Under the pieces are notes generated by a model. The model saw only the letters and a list, made by a program, of their open reading frames with translations. It searched no databases and was not told the DNA's origin. Position numbers and translations under genes: made by a program. 64,000 nucleotides of DNA from the NCBI RefSeq assembly GCF_009914755.1, contig NC_060932.1; one strand, given 5' to 3'. This document shows positions 1 to 13,662 of this stretch, one piece after another. Source of the stretch: the human T2T-CHM13v2.0 reference genome, Homo sapiens. The stretch's first letter is position 1. Each line of letters opens with the position of its first letter.

Positions 1-149
1 ATACATTGCATCTCACCTTATACATCATCTACTGCAAGAAGTTGGCCATGACCACCATGAGTAGGCAGGCATTCAGCATTAGGAATTATCTCTCCCATGT
101 GTTTCCTTCATCACGTTTATCACAAGGTACATGATTACTTCATTTTTCT

Positions 150-335
150 TTATTGTCCCTCATCCCCAGTAAACTGCAAGCTCCATAACGGAAGATGTGT
201 GGATATACATACAGTATACATTTACCGAGGTGAATAACTTGCAGAGACTCTGTCACATAGTAGGCACTGAGCACATATGTGAACAACAACTCATGGACAT
301 AATGAATGAATGAATGAATGAATGAATGAATGTCT
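150..335 (+). mobile_element. L2 LINE 3' end fragment with (TGAA)n tail
   Basis: Degenerate L2 3' motifs (ccccagtaaactgcaagctccat...cacatagtaggcact) ending in (ATGA)n at 301-332. Confidence 0.65.
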
Positions 336-569
336 TGCATTGATCTAGAAAGCTAGCTGCTCTTAAAAATATAAAGCCTTTATTCAATCAAATTTTACTG
401 TATGCTTGTATTTAGGCCAGTGTGGGTGTTCCAGGTCATGAACTGCTGCTAGGATACTTTTCTTCACCAAGGACTAAGTCTCTTCTATCTCACGCCTTCC
501 CCAATTTTAGATTCCCAGAATTGTCTCCATTCAACCTCTGGATGGAAACAGAGAGATCAATGTGAGAGA

Positions 570-725
570 TCACTATAGGGCAGACCTGGAAATGCATCCT
601 GACTGCTCACCTTCCTCTGGACATGCCTGTCACATGACCCACCTCGTGACCCTACCTAACTGCATGTGGGGCTGGGAGATGTAGTCAAGCTCTGTATCTG
701 GAAGGTAAAGAGAAGAGTTGGGTCA
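570..725 (-). mobile_element. MLT1 (J/K-like) MaLR LTR fragment
   Basis: gtcacatgacc...cctaactgca...ggctgggagatgtagtc resembles the old MLT1 consensus. Confidence 0.55.
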
Positions 726-1828
726 AAAATCTGACCATCTTCGACATAAAAATTTTAATTTCAGGGTGTGAAACCCTATGCTGCACCTTGATGTTTTTCT
801 ACAATTTCAAATCTATAGTTCATCAATCTCATGTGAACTCATGGTGTAAGCTAAAACTATTAGTCAATTATTTGGACATGTTTTCTACATATTTTCCAAC
901 ATTGATCTTATTTTAAAATGTGTGTGCATAAGGGAGTGATTAAGTATCCAAAGTTGAGTTGGAAGAATGAATACTTTCTATTTATCCTTTAAGTTATATG
1001 CTTCAAGGCACGTAGTAAATGAGGAGAATTCCACAGCTCCCAACTTTGATTTGGGGAAGTCACTGGCTGCCTATTATGTAAGCCCCTAAGTGCAAAGTTC
1101 TCCCACATGCAAACATTTCTGATAATAACTTCAGATAATATCCTATGATAAAAAAAACCCTGACATCTGAGGAGGCAGTGGACAAGTGATTCTTTTTTTT
1201 TGTTCTTCTGGCAAGGACAACTCTGAGCACTATAATTATAATTGAGACTTCCCCTTAACAAAATCCACAAGCAATGAGAGTAATGAAAAGACACTAGGGA
1301 AGGAAAGATAATGAAAGAGCCCACACACAAAGCTCAGAGAATGTCCTTGGCAAAAGAATGTGAGTAGGAGATTAAGAAGTGCTTGAGAACAAAATAAAAA
1401 GGTAATACAATTAATTCTATGCTGGGGCAGCTGTTTTTGCTATTAAGAAAATTGAAGAAGATGTACTTAGCCCTTGGAATAGCACTTCAAATGTATGAGA
1501 GGAAAGACCCTGAGGGAGCTGAAGGCTCCATGCACTCAATTTTCAATACATGAGTGAGCACATGAATGAAGCAAGAGCCAGGGATGAGGCAGGCATGCTG
1601 TGCCAGCTAGTTCTTCAGGGTCCTTTAATGTTTCAGGATGCTCTGGAATATGGTCAACATAGTGGTGAGAACAGGGTGCAGACACTGTAAGTATGGGAGG
1701 ATCAAAGGATCGATATCCTCAAAAAGGCCCCCTCAGTGAAGTCATATAGCAATGTTCTATTTTCACCTGGAGTGGTGTTAAGCCCAAGACTGAGATAAGG
1801 GTGATGGCACTAAAGCAGGACCTAGAAT

Positions 1829-2194
1829 GTGGTTACCAGATGAAATAAAGGACACAATTTAAATGTGAATTTCAGATAAACAATATTTTTTACTGTCTCC
1901 AACATTTTATGAATCATCCTAGTACTAAAAATATCTATGTATGCATATATGTGTGTGGGGGTGTGTGTGTGTGTGTATATACACGCATATATATACACTT
2001 TACAAATATATATATAAAGTATACATATACTTTATATATATACATATATATACACTTTACAAATATATATATTTTACAAAATAAATACAAAGTATACATA
2101 TATACTTTGTATTTATATGTATTTATTCTTGCTTACACAAATTTTCAATTTGGGGGGCAGCTGGTATTTATATTTGCTAAATCTGGAAACACTA
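1829..2194. mobile_element. MER53 hAT MITE interrupted by a (TG)n/(TA)n microsatellite
   Basis: Inverted ends ggttaccagat...atctggaaac; internal aaatgtgaatttcagataaacaa and tatttgctaaatctgg match MER53 as recalled; simple repeat ~1935-2125. Confidence 0.75.
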
Positions 2195-2446
2195 AACTAG
2201 AAGATCTAAAGATTAGACCATGTCTTTGAAAAGACCTTTGAGTTTAAAACCAAAGCTCAGTATTGACATTTTTTCATAGGCTCTTACACCTGAGAAATAA
2301 GAGGCATCTCATGACTTACACTCAGGCACACAGTCACCTGAAGCATGTGTAGTTGTTTAGGTCAAGGTCTTTGCTCCATAATGCAGCATCCTCCCTTTTT
2401 GGAGCTCTGAACTGTGAGCATAGCTGGCACTGCAGGAGTTAGTAGG

Positions 2447-4878
2447 TGATATGATTTGGCTCTGTGTCCCCACCCAAATCTCCTCTCAAATTGTAATCCC
2501 CATGTATTGGAGGAGGGGCCTGGTGGGAGATGATTGGATCATGGGGGTGGATTTCTACCTTGCTCTTCTTGTGATAGGTGAATTTTCACAAGAGCTGATG
2601 GTTTTAAAGTCTGGCACTACCGCACCCCACCCTCCACTTCTCTCTCTCTCTCTGTCTCTCCTCTCTCTCTCTCCTGCTGCCATGTGAAGAAAGTTCTTGC
2701 TTCCCCTTTTGCTTTCTGCCATAATTGCAAGTTTCCTGAGCCGCATGGAACCATGAATCAATTAAACCTTTTTTCTTCATAAAATAGCCAGCTTCAGGTG
2801 CTTCTTTATAACAGTGTGAAGCCAGACCAATATAGAAAATTGGTACCAGGAGTTGAGACACTGCTATAAAGATATCCTGAAAATGTGGAAGTAACTTTGG
2901 AACTAAATGATTGCCAGAGGTTGAAACAGTTTGAAGGGCTCAGAAGAAGACAAGAAGATGTGGGAAAGTTTGGAACTTCCTATAGACTTGTTGAATGGTT
3001 TTGACTAAAATGCTGATAGTGATATGGACAATGAAGTCCAGGCTGAGGTGGTTTCAGATAGAGATGAGGAATTTATTGGGAACTGGAGAAAAGGTCACTC
3101 TTCCTATGCCTTAGCAAGGAGACTGGTGGCATTTTGCCCCTGCCCTAAAGATCTTTGGAACTTAAAACTTGAGAGAGATGATTTCGGGAAACTGGCAGGA
3201 TAAATTTATAAGCAGCAAAGCATTCAAGACATGACCTGGATTTTTCTAAAAGCATACAGTCATGTGTATTCACAAAAAGATAGTCTGAAATTGGAATTTA
3301 TGTTTAAAAGGCAAGCAAAGTGTAAAAGTTTGGAAAATGTACATCCTGACCATGTGGTAGAAAAGAAAAACCCATTTCCTCGGGAAAAATTCAAGCTGTC
3401 TGCTGCAGAAATTTGCATAAGTAAAGAGAAACTGAATGTTAATAGCCAAGACAATGGGGAAAATGTCTCCAGAGCATTTCAGAGATCTACATGGCAGCCC
3501 ATCCCATCATAGGCCCAGAGGACTAGGAGGGAAAAATGGTTTCATGGACTGGGCCCAGGGCCCTGCTGCTCTCTGTAGCTTTGGGACATGGCACCCTGCG
3601 TCCCAGAGGCTCCAGCTGCAGCCATGGCTGAAAGGGCCAAGGTACAGCTTGGGCTACTGCTTTAGTGGAAGCTTCCACTGCCAAGGCTTGGGGCTTGCAC
3701 CCTCTGAAGCAGTGCTCCTTTCAACACCCCTTGGTGTCAAGCTTGTAGGTGTGCAGAAGACAAGAGTTGAGCTTTGAGAGCATCCATCTAGATTTTAGAG
3801 GATGTATGGAAATGCCTGGATGTCCAGGCAGTAGTCTGCTACAGGGATCGAGCCCTTGTGGGTAACCTCTACTATGGCAGTGCAGAAGGGAAATATGGGG
3901 TTGGATCCCCTACCACAGAGTCCCCACTGGGGCACTGCCTAGTGGAGCTGCAAGAAGAGAGCCACCATCCTCCAGACCCCAGTAAGGTAAATCCACTGAC
4001 AGCTTGCACCATGCACCTGGAAAGGCTACAGACACGTAATGACAGCCCATGAAAGCAGCCAAAGGGGGCTGTACCCTGCAGAGCCATGGCAGTGGAGCTG
4101 CCCAAGGCCTTGGGAGCCCACCCTTTGCATCAGCTTGCCTTGGATGTGAGACATTGAGTCAAATAAGATTATTTCAGAGCTTTAAGATTTAATGACTCTC
4201 CCACTGGGTTTCAGACTTGCATGGGGTCTGTAGCCCCTTTGTTTTTGCCAATTTCTCCCATTTGGAACAGGAACATTTATGAACATTTACCCAATGCCGG
4301 CACTTCCATTGTATCTTGGGAGTAACTAACTCATTTTTTATTTTACAGGCTCATAGGCAGAAGAGACTTATCTTGGCTCAGATGAGATTTTGGACTTGGA
4401 CTTTTGACTTAATACTGGAATGAGTTAAGACTTTGAGGGACTTTTGGGAAGGGATGATTGGTTTTGAAATGTGAAAAGTGCATGAGACCTGGGAGAGGCC
4501 AAGGGCAGAATGGTATGCTTTGGCTCTGCATCCCTACCCAAATCTCATCTTGAATTGAAATCCCCACAAGTCAGAAGAGGGGCCAGGTGAGAGATGTCTG
4601 GATCATGGGGGCAGATTTCTCACTAGCTGTTCTTGTGATAGTGACTGAGTTCTCACAAGATCTGATGGTTTTAAGGTGACACTTCTGCCCTCACTCTGTC
4701 TCTCTCTCCTGCTGAAGAAGGTCCTTGCTTCCCCTTCACCTTCTGTCAGGATTATAAGTATCCTGCCACCTCCACGGCCATGCAGAACTCTGAGTCAATT
4801 AAATCTTTTTTTTTTTCCTCATAAATTACCCAGTCTCAAGTAGTTTTCTTAATAGCAGTGTAAAAACAGACTAATACA
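2447..4878 (+). mobile_element. Full-length THE1D/MSTA-type MaLR LTR retrotransposon (5' LTR 2447-2834, internal 2835-4510, 3' LTR 4511-4878)
   Basis: Two LTRs (tgatatgatttggctctgtgtccccacccaaatctc / tggtatgctttggctctgcatccctacccaaatctc ... ctaataca) flank a typical MaLR internal region (gaaaattggtacc...gggcagaa); ORF-track frames 3231-4105 are remnants of the internal region. Confidence 0.92.
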
Positions 4879-5899
4879 CTGGGCATGGTTGCAGCCCTTT
4901 CCAACCAGTAAAAAAACCATAAAATCTCCTGAGAGGAGTAACCAAGGAGTAAAAATGCAAAGAATCCTAAAAGAAGGAACCAATTTTATTTGGTATTGTA
5001 CTGTTTGTTGTTTCTTAGAGGAAATAAAAGTTACCCCTTGAAATTGAAAGTATCTCTCTTATAAAACTATCTTGGTAGCTCTATAGTGTTCGTGACCCAG
5101 TGGAGCTCCAAGCACATCTGTGGAAGGTAATTCTTCACAGACACTGTGGGATTTCATTGCTGCTTTTGGGTTGTGCCTCAGCTCCTTCGGTAAATATAGC
5201 CCATTACATACTTTCTCCAAGAGCTGAATTATAGTAATTCAATTTTTAAACTCACAAAACATTTTGTCACAGAAATTAACCCAAAGGCTTTAAATTATAT
5301 CATTTCTTGATAGATCACTTATATTTCTATTTTCTTGATTTCTTACTGGATTTTAAAAATAGTCCCCTTTGGTCTTTCACATGATCTTATTTAAGCCCCT
5401 TTCCCCTAGTGTGACTTTCTTTACAATAAAGTTATTGGGAAAAACTCATTAATTCATTGACAGAAGGTATTGAACTCCTGGGTGTTTGAACAGATATACA
5501 ACAGTTGAGTTGAAGAGAAAAAATTGGAGGGAGAATAAGTGGTTCTTTGTTTGCAGAGATACAGTAGGACAACTGCATAGCTCATCTCTGTTGGTCATGA
5601 AACTAATCACGAAGAGGATAATGAGAACTAGAGTCTAAAGGGAGAGATTTGGAGACAGATGAAAGAGTAGGGCTTCTCATCCAATTAGCTGTGGTCAGAC
5701 TAAAAGTGGTACAGAGACAAACTAACATTACAAACACCTTGACTTCATTTAGATATGGTTCCAACAATGTATCAATATACTGTACAAAAAGCAAAATCTA
5801 TTCACATTTCTACATATTGATTTACATATTGTGGCAGCTGCTGTTAATGGCCAAGAAAAATCCCTTCAGCAAATATCACCCTATAACTTCTGATTGTGT

Positions 5900-6150
5900 C
5901 CTAGTATAACCACTTACAACTTTCTACTTGCATGCTTTCTTTTACCCTGGACCAGGCAGTCAGGCCATGCTAGGGAGTAAAACTCCTGAGACAGTCTTCA
6001 GCTGGTACTAACAAGTTAAGATAATTTTGAAGTATCTTTTATAAGGTCTCCCACAGGTTCCAACAGGACCAAGTGTCTGTTCCCTACAGCAAAAGTCTGC
6101 TCAAGAAAATAGTGCCTGCATGGGCTTTCTCCTCTACTTAGTATCACTGT
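5900..6150 (+). mobile_element. Old ERVL LTR fragment (LTR16-like)
   Basis: aggtctcccacaggttccaacaggacc...gttccctacagc resembles LTR16; highly diverged. Confidence 0.4.
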
Positions 6151-8462
6151 TAGTTTGATGGAGGTTTCTTTGTAGGTGAGAAGACATTTTTATCTTGCTG
6201 GTTTTAGAATTCTCTGTTTATCTTTGAGTTTAGACACTTTGAATATAATGCACCATATAGAAAACCGTTTTGTATTAATCTCGTTGCTGGTGTCGGAGTA
6301 TCCTTTATTTTAATATTTAAATTTCTTGCTAGACTTGGGAAGTTTTCATTTATTGTTTGATTATTATTTTTTTACTCTTTCATTATTTCTTTGGCCTCTG
6401 AGACCCCAATCAATTAAATAATTATTCACTCTATAGTGTCCCATATGTCATATATGCTTTGTTCATTTTTTAAAAATATTTTTTCTCTATATTATTATCT
6501 GGCTGGTTTATTTAAACAGACCTGTCTTGAAGTTCTGAGATTCTTTCTTCTGTTTAGTCTAGTGTATTGTTGAATCTTTGGGATGCATTTTGTATTTTAT
6601 TCAATGAATTCTTTAGTTCTATAAATTCAGTTTGGTTCTTTTCTTATGATAGCTATCACTTTGGTGATTTTCTCATTCACATTTGGAATTATTTTTTCTG
6701 ATTTATTTGTTGTATTTTTCGGAATTCTGTTGTATTTCTCTGAGCTTATTCAGAATCAAAAATTTGAATCATTTTTCTAGAATTTTGTAATTATTTTTAT
6801 TAAGATCTGTTGCTGGAGAATTATTGTGTTCCTTTGGAGGTGTCATATTTCCTGGCTTTTCCATGTTTCCTGTTTCCTTAGCTGATATCTGCACATCTGG
6901 TATAACAGTTACTTCTTCAAGTTTTTAGAATTTATTTTTGTAGGAGAGGACTTTTTCCTGAGGATGTATCTATTACGTTTTTTGGGCAGGGCAATTTGGC
7001 TTTGATTCTGAGTGTGTGCAAGAGTGTAGTCTCTGTGTGATTTATTTACCTATAGACATTTGTGTTATTTGCAATTTCCTTAGTGGCTTAGGATACAGTT
7101 ATAAGTGGAAGTTGTGGTAAAGTTGAGTAGAGATTAACATACCAGGTAGACCAGACTTTGATCTCTAATGGTGGCAGTAGTGAGCTGAGCATGCCTATCT
7201 TTAGGGTGGTGTATGCTGGCACCTGTGTTAATAGGTACAGTCAGGATGATTCTTGACCCTCCAGGTGACTTACTTAGATGCTGGTAGTAGCATAGTAGCA
7301 TCAGTGAGCTCGGTGGGTAGATGGGCTCTCAGGCTCTGAGAAGCTGGCAATCGCAGTGGCAAGATAACCTTCTGGTTCTTAAGTGGTATGCACTGGTGTT
7401 GGCAATGGCTGTGATGGACTGCATGGACCAGTCTCTAGTTCCACATGTGGCATAAGCAGGTAGGTGCCAGCTAAGATGGCAGTGGCTGTGTGGTTAGGCC
7501 CAACGTCAGGCCCCTTGGTAAAAGTTTAGAAGCCAACACTGGTTGACAGGACTGTGTGATCCCTTGGTTCCTGGACTGTGTGCTTTGGTCTGGGGGTTAG
7601 GGGTAAAGGCAGCCCAGAAGGCCTTGTCCTCAGGCCTCCTGATGATGTGTGCAACTGCCAGCAAGGACAAGGTAATCCCCAGGCTACCTGTGGAATTCTT
7701 GGGTTGGGGGCTTCACTGGCCATGCTGCTGTTCTGCCACCGTAAAGAGCAGAGGTACTGGCCGGTAGAGGATGCACACACCACTCACGCCTCAGCTTTGG
7801 TGAGTGGCACACTTTAGGCCTGATGTAGTAGCTGGTGCCTTGGAAGTGTCTTAGCTCTGAAAGTTGTAGCACATGATCATTCATATCTCAGCCCTGAAGG
7901 TAATAGTCCATGCTTCTCTTGTGCCTCAACCTCAGAGTCAGTGGGCTCTAGGAGATTACACATCTGTTGGGGTGGGGCTTTAAAATGGTGCCTTGCTGCA
8001 GCTGCTTATGTCTCAGGGAGTGTGGGGGACCTGCAAATCCTGTCTCTTGGAGCAGTCCCCTCACACAATTGTTTGGAAGTTCCCTATGTTAGGGAGCTAT
8101 CCAATACTCGGGAAATACTCACACTTAATTTAATTAATTTTAGGGCCAATGAGGGTCAAAGAACTCTCCTGTTGCTAGAATTGCAGCTGTCCATGGGGAG
8201 AATGTGGACCACTGGGGTCTCTCACTCACTTTTTCCTTGTATTAGGGAGTCTCTCAAGGCTTCCAGCCAATCGCAGGTGAGCAGGCAGCCTCTCTTCCTT
8301 CTCCTTATTTGCTTTGGGTATTGCCTTCGACTTTATGTTAAATTTCAGGGTTCTCTCTTAGATGATCTATCTGAAGTGGAATTATCTACCCTCTATTTTG
8401 GTTCCTTTTAGTGGACAAGGTTTTCATCACCCAAATAGTCTTACTCACAACCTCCTTAGACG
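6150..8462 (-). mobile_element. Old L1M (L1MA-age) 5' UTR and part of ORF1
   Basis: Antisense ORF1-like T-rich sequence (tcttgaagttctgagattctttcttctg, ttcctttggaggtgtcatattt) followed by a G/T-rich antisense 5' UTR. Confidence 0.75.
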
Positions 8463-8942
8463 TGTTAATTAATTATAGCATCATCTACCTCTTTTCCTAT
8501 TGTGGAAACTGTAATGTCATCTGCCTTGTTTGGTTAAGGCTGTCACGTGAGGAAATCATCATTCCCTATCAGCTGCTTTTTTTCAATTCAATCCCCAGAC
8601 AGTAGGTAAATTTAATATACCCTACTGTATTACATGTTAGGGTTTTGGCTTCAGCTTCAGTAAGCACTTCTACACTGCTGAGATGGATGGAGTCACACTT
8701 TAGCCCCCTAGTGAATAACAACTATGAAATCCTATCTTCCAAGCCTCCTTGTCTACATTCTACTTACTTTCTTTGTGGTGTTTTAAGGAATAAGGCAAAA
8801 ATTGCCTCTTTCCAAGCCAGAGAGGGTCTCAGGTCCATCTGACTGCAGTTGTCCTACAGAAAAAAAAAATAATAATAATTCAAGTTTGTTCAGAAGTAAG
8901 TGATTACCATTACAGACAGCCAATGGTAAAGCAATATTTATA

Positions 8943-9063
8943 AACACACACACACACACACACATACATACACACATACATACACATATATACACATACA
9001 TACACATATATACATACATACACATATATATACATATATATGTGTATGTATGTGTGTGTGTGT
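8943..9063. repeat. (CA)n/(CATA)n/(TG)n compound microsatellite
   Basis: Seen directly. Confidence 0.95.
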
Positions 9064-9439
9064 TTTACATCTGAAATATATTTCTGAGTATGAACCAACT
9101 AGGCATGTCAGCTACTTCACTATAATCTTTAGGACTAACGAAATTTCTTCTCCTTAGCCTTGGAAGGAAGTGAGAATGGGGAGGGTAAAGCAGTTCCTTG
9201 TCTTTCCTAGAGATTGATGTGGTAATGAGTTCTTTTTGTTTTAATCTCATCATTACAGCCAAAGTCACCAAAACATGAATGTCAAAACATTGTCTTTAAA
9301 GACAGTGAGTAAGGTTTGTTCATCACCCTATCACATAGGCAGCTATTAGAGAAAAGAAGAATGAGTAAATAATTGCTTAAATAACTGTGCTCAGTTCTAA
9401 TTGCCATTGGACATCTGGACCATCTCCAGAGGAAATCAG

Positions 9440-9640
9440 GCAGCTACTGAATGGTCTAGAAACAGAGCCAGATGATAGACCTAAGGATATTTAGCTTGGG
9501 AAAGACAAGGCACAGGGGAGACACAAGAGCTATCATCAGATACTTTAAAGACTGTTGTGTATAAAAAGAATTAGCCTTATCTTGAGAACAAGAGTCAATA
9601 TGAGACAGCTAATATGAGAGAAGGCAGATTATAACATTAT
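9440..9640 (+). mobile_element. L3/CR1 LINE fragment
   Basis: ggatatttagcttgggaaagacaaggcacaggggagac...ctatcatcagatactttaaagactgttgtgt resembles the CR1/L3 3' ORF2 region. Confidence 0.6.
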
Positions 9641-9859
9641 TTATAACTTCAGCAAATAATTATTTTTAACTGTCACATAGGCATGCATGCATGAAGTTGT
9701 CAATATTAATAAGATGAGATATTTGCCATTGTAGACCCTTTAACATAAAGTTGAAGATAGACAAATAAGTCAAAAAAATTAATAATTAAAAAGTATAGAA
9801 TCTTTGAAGTTTATTCCAGACTATTATTAAGTTGGTAAAAATGCAAACACATATATCTT

Positions 9860-10260
9860 TCACTTATTCCAAGCACACATTCTTGAGTATCTTGATATAT
9901 TGAGTCCCTTTTATTGAGTAATGCCCAGTACTATTCCTATGATGATATAAAGATATAACTTTACAGTCCTTCCCTTTAAAGATGAACACAGCCAGGAAGG
10001 TAAGACATATGTGCCTTAAATGGGAAGTCTCATATGCAAGTGATATATTTATCAGAAATATATTTAGGATTACATATAAAATGTTTGTGGTCCTAAGTGT
10101 CCAAAAAAACGAGAGACTCACTATGGTCAAAAAATTCAGAGACGCTTCACGGAGGAGCTGGGAGTCAGGCTTGACTTCAGGGTAGAGTGAGGTTTATTAG
10201 ATGGAGAGAAAAGAGAAGCTGCTGTAACTAGCAGAATCCCAACAGGACCATAATGCCATG
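9860..10260 (-). mobile_element. L2 fragment
   Basis: Degenerate antisense L2 motifs. Confidence 0.45.
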
Positions 10261-10470
10261 AAACAATCTGTGGTTCGTGGCAATAATCAGACACAGTGAA
10301 TGCTGCCCCTGGAAGAACTGGCATGCCAGGCCATTAAACCCTATTGACTACTTAGCACAATTTCTGTGCCCGCTTTGTGAGGCCTCAAGCAACAGAGAAT
10401 GGTGGTTAAGATTGTTATGAGTACAGAAGGGAGAGTAGGCACACAAGCCACCATCCATGGTAAAAAAAAA

Positions 10471-10630
10471 TGTGTGTGTGAGTGTGTGTGTGTGCAGCTG
10501 TATACAATTTTGTAAATGCATATACACATATGTGTACATATGCATCATATAATAAAAATACAAATATATATGATAATGATAGATATATGATTTAGATATA
10601 TTTATGTATGGAATAATATACTGATATAAC
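10471..10630. repeat. (TG)n and TA-rich low-complexity tract
   Basis: Seen directly. Confidence 0.85.
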
Positions 10631-12702
10631 ACTCTCTTATTATAGTTCTAGCTATAGGTTATAAGAAGTTGTTCATCTAGATGTAATCAAGAGAACTGAA
10701 ATTGCTAAAGAAAAGAATTTTGGAGAGGAATATTGACTATCACCTATAGCATTTTATACTGGGAAGGTGTTCTGTCACAACACATGCCAGATTATGTCTG
10801 CTTCTTGAGTAAATGGTAATTTTGTTATCTTTTTGCTTATTTCTATTTTCTATCATTCTACAATAAACATTGTTATTAATGAAATAAATAAGAAAATATG
10901 TATTTATAAGAAATACATTGCATAATGTTGTATAGTGTGTAAAAAATTTCAATACATTCTCATTTATTTAACTTGTACGACATTCACAGCATTTGTCCAA
11001 GGGGAAATTTGGTATTGGTTATCTCGCTGACCTGCCATGCACAGACCTAGTAGGCATCAGACTAAAAAGGCAACTACCCACAGCCTGTAAAAGAACTGGC
11101 CCACCTCTATTGTGCCATTTTCAATGAATAGAGAATCAGCTCTGCCAGCCAGACTGTCAGAGTGGAGTGGGGTGGATTTTCCTCTCTGGGTGACTCCACG
11201 GCTGCCCTTGCTGTGACGATCTGATAACCTTCTTTCTCTTCAAGTGCAGAGAGTAGCAGAAACATGTAGGATCAGATAGGAGAAAATGGATTTTGACAAG
11301 GCATTTTCAGGTTTTCAAAAGGCAGGTCTTCATTCTGGCCTGATGTTTCATCTGGATTTGTAATCTCCCCATTATGAGAAAATCAAAAGAGGTCATTTGG
11401 AGAGGTTTTATCTTCTTCTTCTGTAAAGTCCTTACGAAACATTTATGAGTTTTCTGATGATATCAAACCAAGCTTTCTTTGCCATTCTTCCTTCCAAAGC
11501 TATGCCCTTCAGAGGTTCCTGGTTTATTCCAGTTGATAGTGAATATGACCTACACTGTCTTTTGAGATTAACTCATTAATGATGAAGGTTTCCCCTTCTG
11601 CAAATCTCTCAATCTCTACTATTCCTAACTTTCTGAAATAACTAGTGCTGAATTTATCAAGTGCAGCTGCTTAATTTTAGAGGTTAATTCTCTACAGCAA
11701 TTGTTTACTTTGCAATTAACCCTAAATATGAGATAGCGTGCAAACACTGAAATAAAAACTGGGGTTTTTATGAGATTAAAATTAGATTTTCTCTCTCTTA
11801 CTAGTTGCACGTTCTTGAACATGATTCAACATTTCTTAGTCTCAGTTTCTTCATCTGCATACTCTAGGTAGAATTAAAGCTCACAGACTTCTGCTGTAGG
11901 AAAGAACATTTTTGCAAGTATTTTGTTAATATGTATGAGCTACTTAAATATGAAAAAAATATCAATATTAGTAACTTAATTTTTCAAATATTTATTATCT
12001 ACCACATGCCCGAGCCCTTGCATCTGTAGTGTGATCATTCCATAGATGAATATGGTTACAAATACTTAAGATCTCTGAAAGAAAACACAAGAACAAACTA
12101 TTAAATTCAAATAAGTCAGAAGTATAAACACCAGTAGAAAACTGTTGATAAATCAATATAATAAGAAAGAAAAATAATTTAAAAATTAATTGAACATCTA
12201 CTATGCACAAAAATTTAAAATATTGTTTCAATTCTTTCTTATAATCATTCAGTTTGGCAGATAGCATTATTTTACTGTTACTAATGGAAAAAGGAAGTGA
12301 TGTTAGGGAATATTAACCTGTCCAAGGTGTAGGAATAGAATTTTAGTAAGTTATATCCAACTCCAAACATATTTTTTCTATTTTTTCCTACCACACTATA
12401 GTCTTTATGTTGTTCATCTGTTTTGTGTAATATGACACCATAAAAAAATCTTTCTCTTTCTCTCTCAAACACACACACATAATACATATATTTTATATAT
12501 TATAAATATATATACACACAATATCATATAACATTATATTCATAAAGGCTCTGTGTGTGTATACACACATACTTATATTAAGACACAATATAATTAATAT
12601 AAATAAAATATACATAAAAGACATAAGTAAAGATTCACAAAATAAAACTGAAAACAAATTGTGCTCAATTAAATTTAAATTCAACTCCATAATAAATTAA
12701 AT

Positions 12703-12741
12703 TTTTTTTTGAGACAGAGTCTAGCTCTGTCTCCCAGACTG
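12703..12741 (-). mobile_element. Extremely 5'-truncated Alu (~31 bp of the 3' end plus A8) with an 11-bp TSD
   Basis: ttttttttgagacagagtctagctctgtctcccagactg flanked by ataaattaaat at 12692-12702 and 12742-12752. Confidence 0.8.
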
Positions 12742-13119
12742 ATAAATTAAATAAATTCTTAACATACTACAATAGCTTCCTTCAAAATTAACTAACTTTT
12801 AATTTCAAAACACCGTGTATTTTGCTTAACAGTTTTCTGTTTTGTCTGTGTGTGTGTGTTAACTATTCACATTCATATTAAAATTTGAGATTCCCATGAG
12901 AAACGAAAAGCAGAAAGTTATATGCTTGCTGTTTTCATAAGAAGAGAAATGTATAAAATTGAAGCTAAGTTTTGAACAGTGTATTAAGTTTACCGTAAAC
13001 AATCATGAAGACTTAATGTAAGAAGAACTATAAGAAAACAGTAATTTAATAGTGCTAAGTTTTGAAGTACTAATTAAATCTTAGCTAAACCCTGTTGTAA
13101 AGAAGCTTCTGTAGTAAAT

Positions 13120-13662
13120 GTCTTTTCACAAACTTTTCATTACCCAGTCTCCAGATTCCAGAAGTCTATATCTTCTTCTTTCAAACCCGGACGGACTCTC
13201 ATGACTGACTTGGCCAAAGCAGTATGAAAGATATCCAACTCTAGGTCAAAATATTCTGTGCGCTTCTCCCTAGGTATTTTTCTTTAGGCGGGGGCGGGGG
13301 GGTGCCAGAGAAGATGGGAGAGTGACTGACTCCTAAAACACTAGCCACCATGTTGTGAGAAATCTCCAGACGTCTTTAGAGGAGCTGACATGGAAAAGAA
13401 ACAATACACAAGCCACATTCTCAGCTGGGCTTCTGGGCAATAACCAGCACCAACTTGCTCAGCCTTGCAAGGTCACCATCTTGAAAGTGGATCCTTTACC
13501 CTCCAGTTAAGTGCCCAGGCTGATGCTGTGTGGAGGAGCGACAAGTTTTCCCCATCACACCCCACCTACATTGCAGATGGATTTATAGGCAAACTAAGTA
13601 GTCATTGGTGCTTTAGGCCACTAAATTTTGAGATGGATTGTTACATAATAGTAGGTGACTTA
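13120..13662 (+). mobile_element. MLT1G/H-like MaLR solo LTR
   Basis: agccaccatgttgtgag, ccatcttgaaagtggatcct and tttaggccactaaattttgag...ttgttac match MLT1. Confidence 0.75.

Noticed and set aside
1909-2229. Low-complexity ORFs (also 8783-9098, 10348-10632, 41529-41753)
   Set aside because: Translations of microsatellites.
7941-8411. 156-aa ORF
   Set aside because: GTG start, antisense to an old L1 5' UTR, no recognisable domain; a chance frame.
13286-13302. GC box (ggcggggcgggg) as a promoter
   Set aside because: An isolated motif within an MLT1 LTR, with no CpG island.
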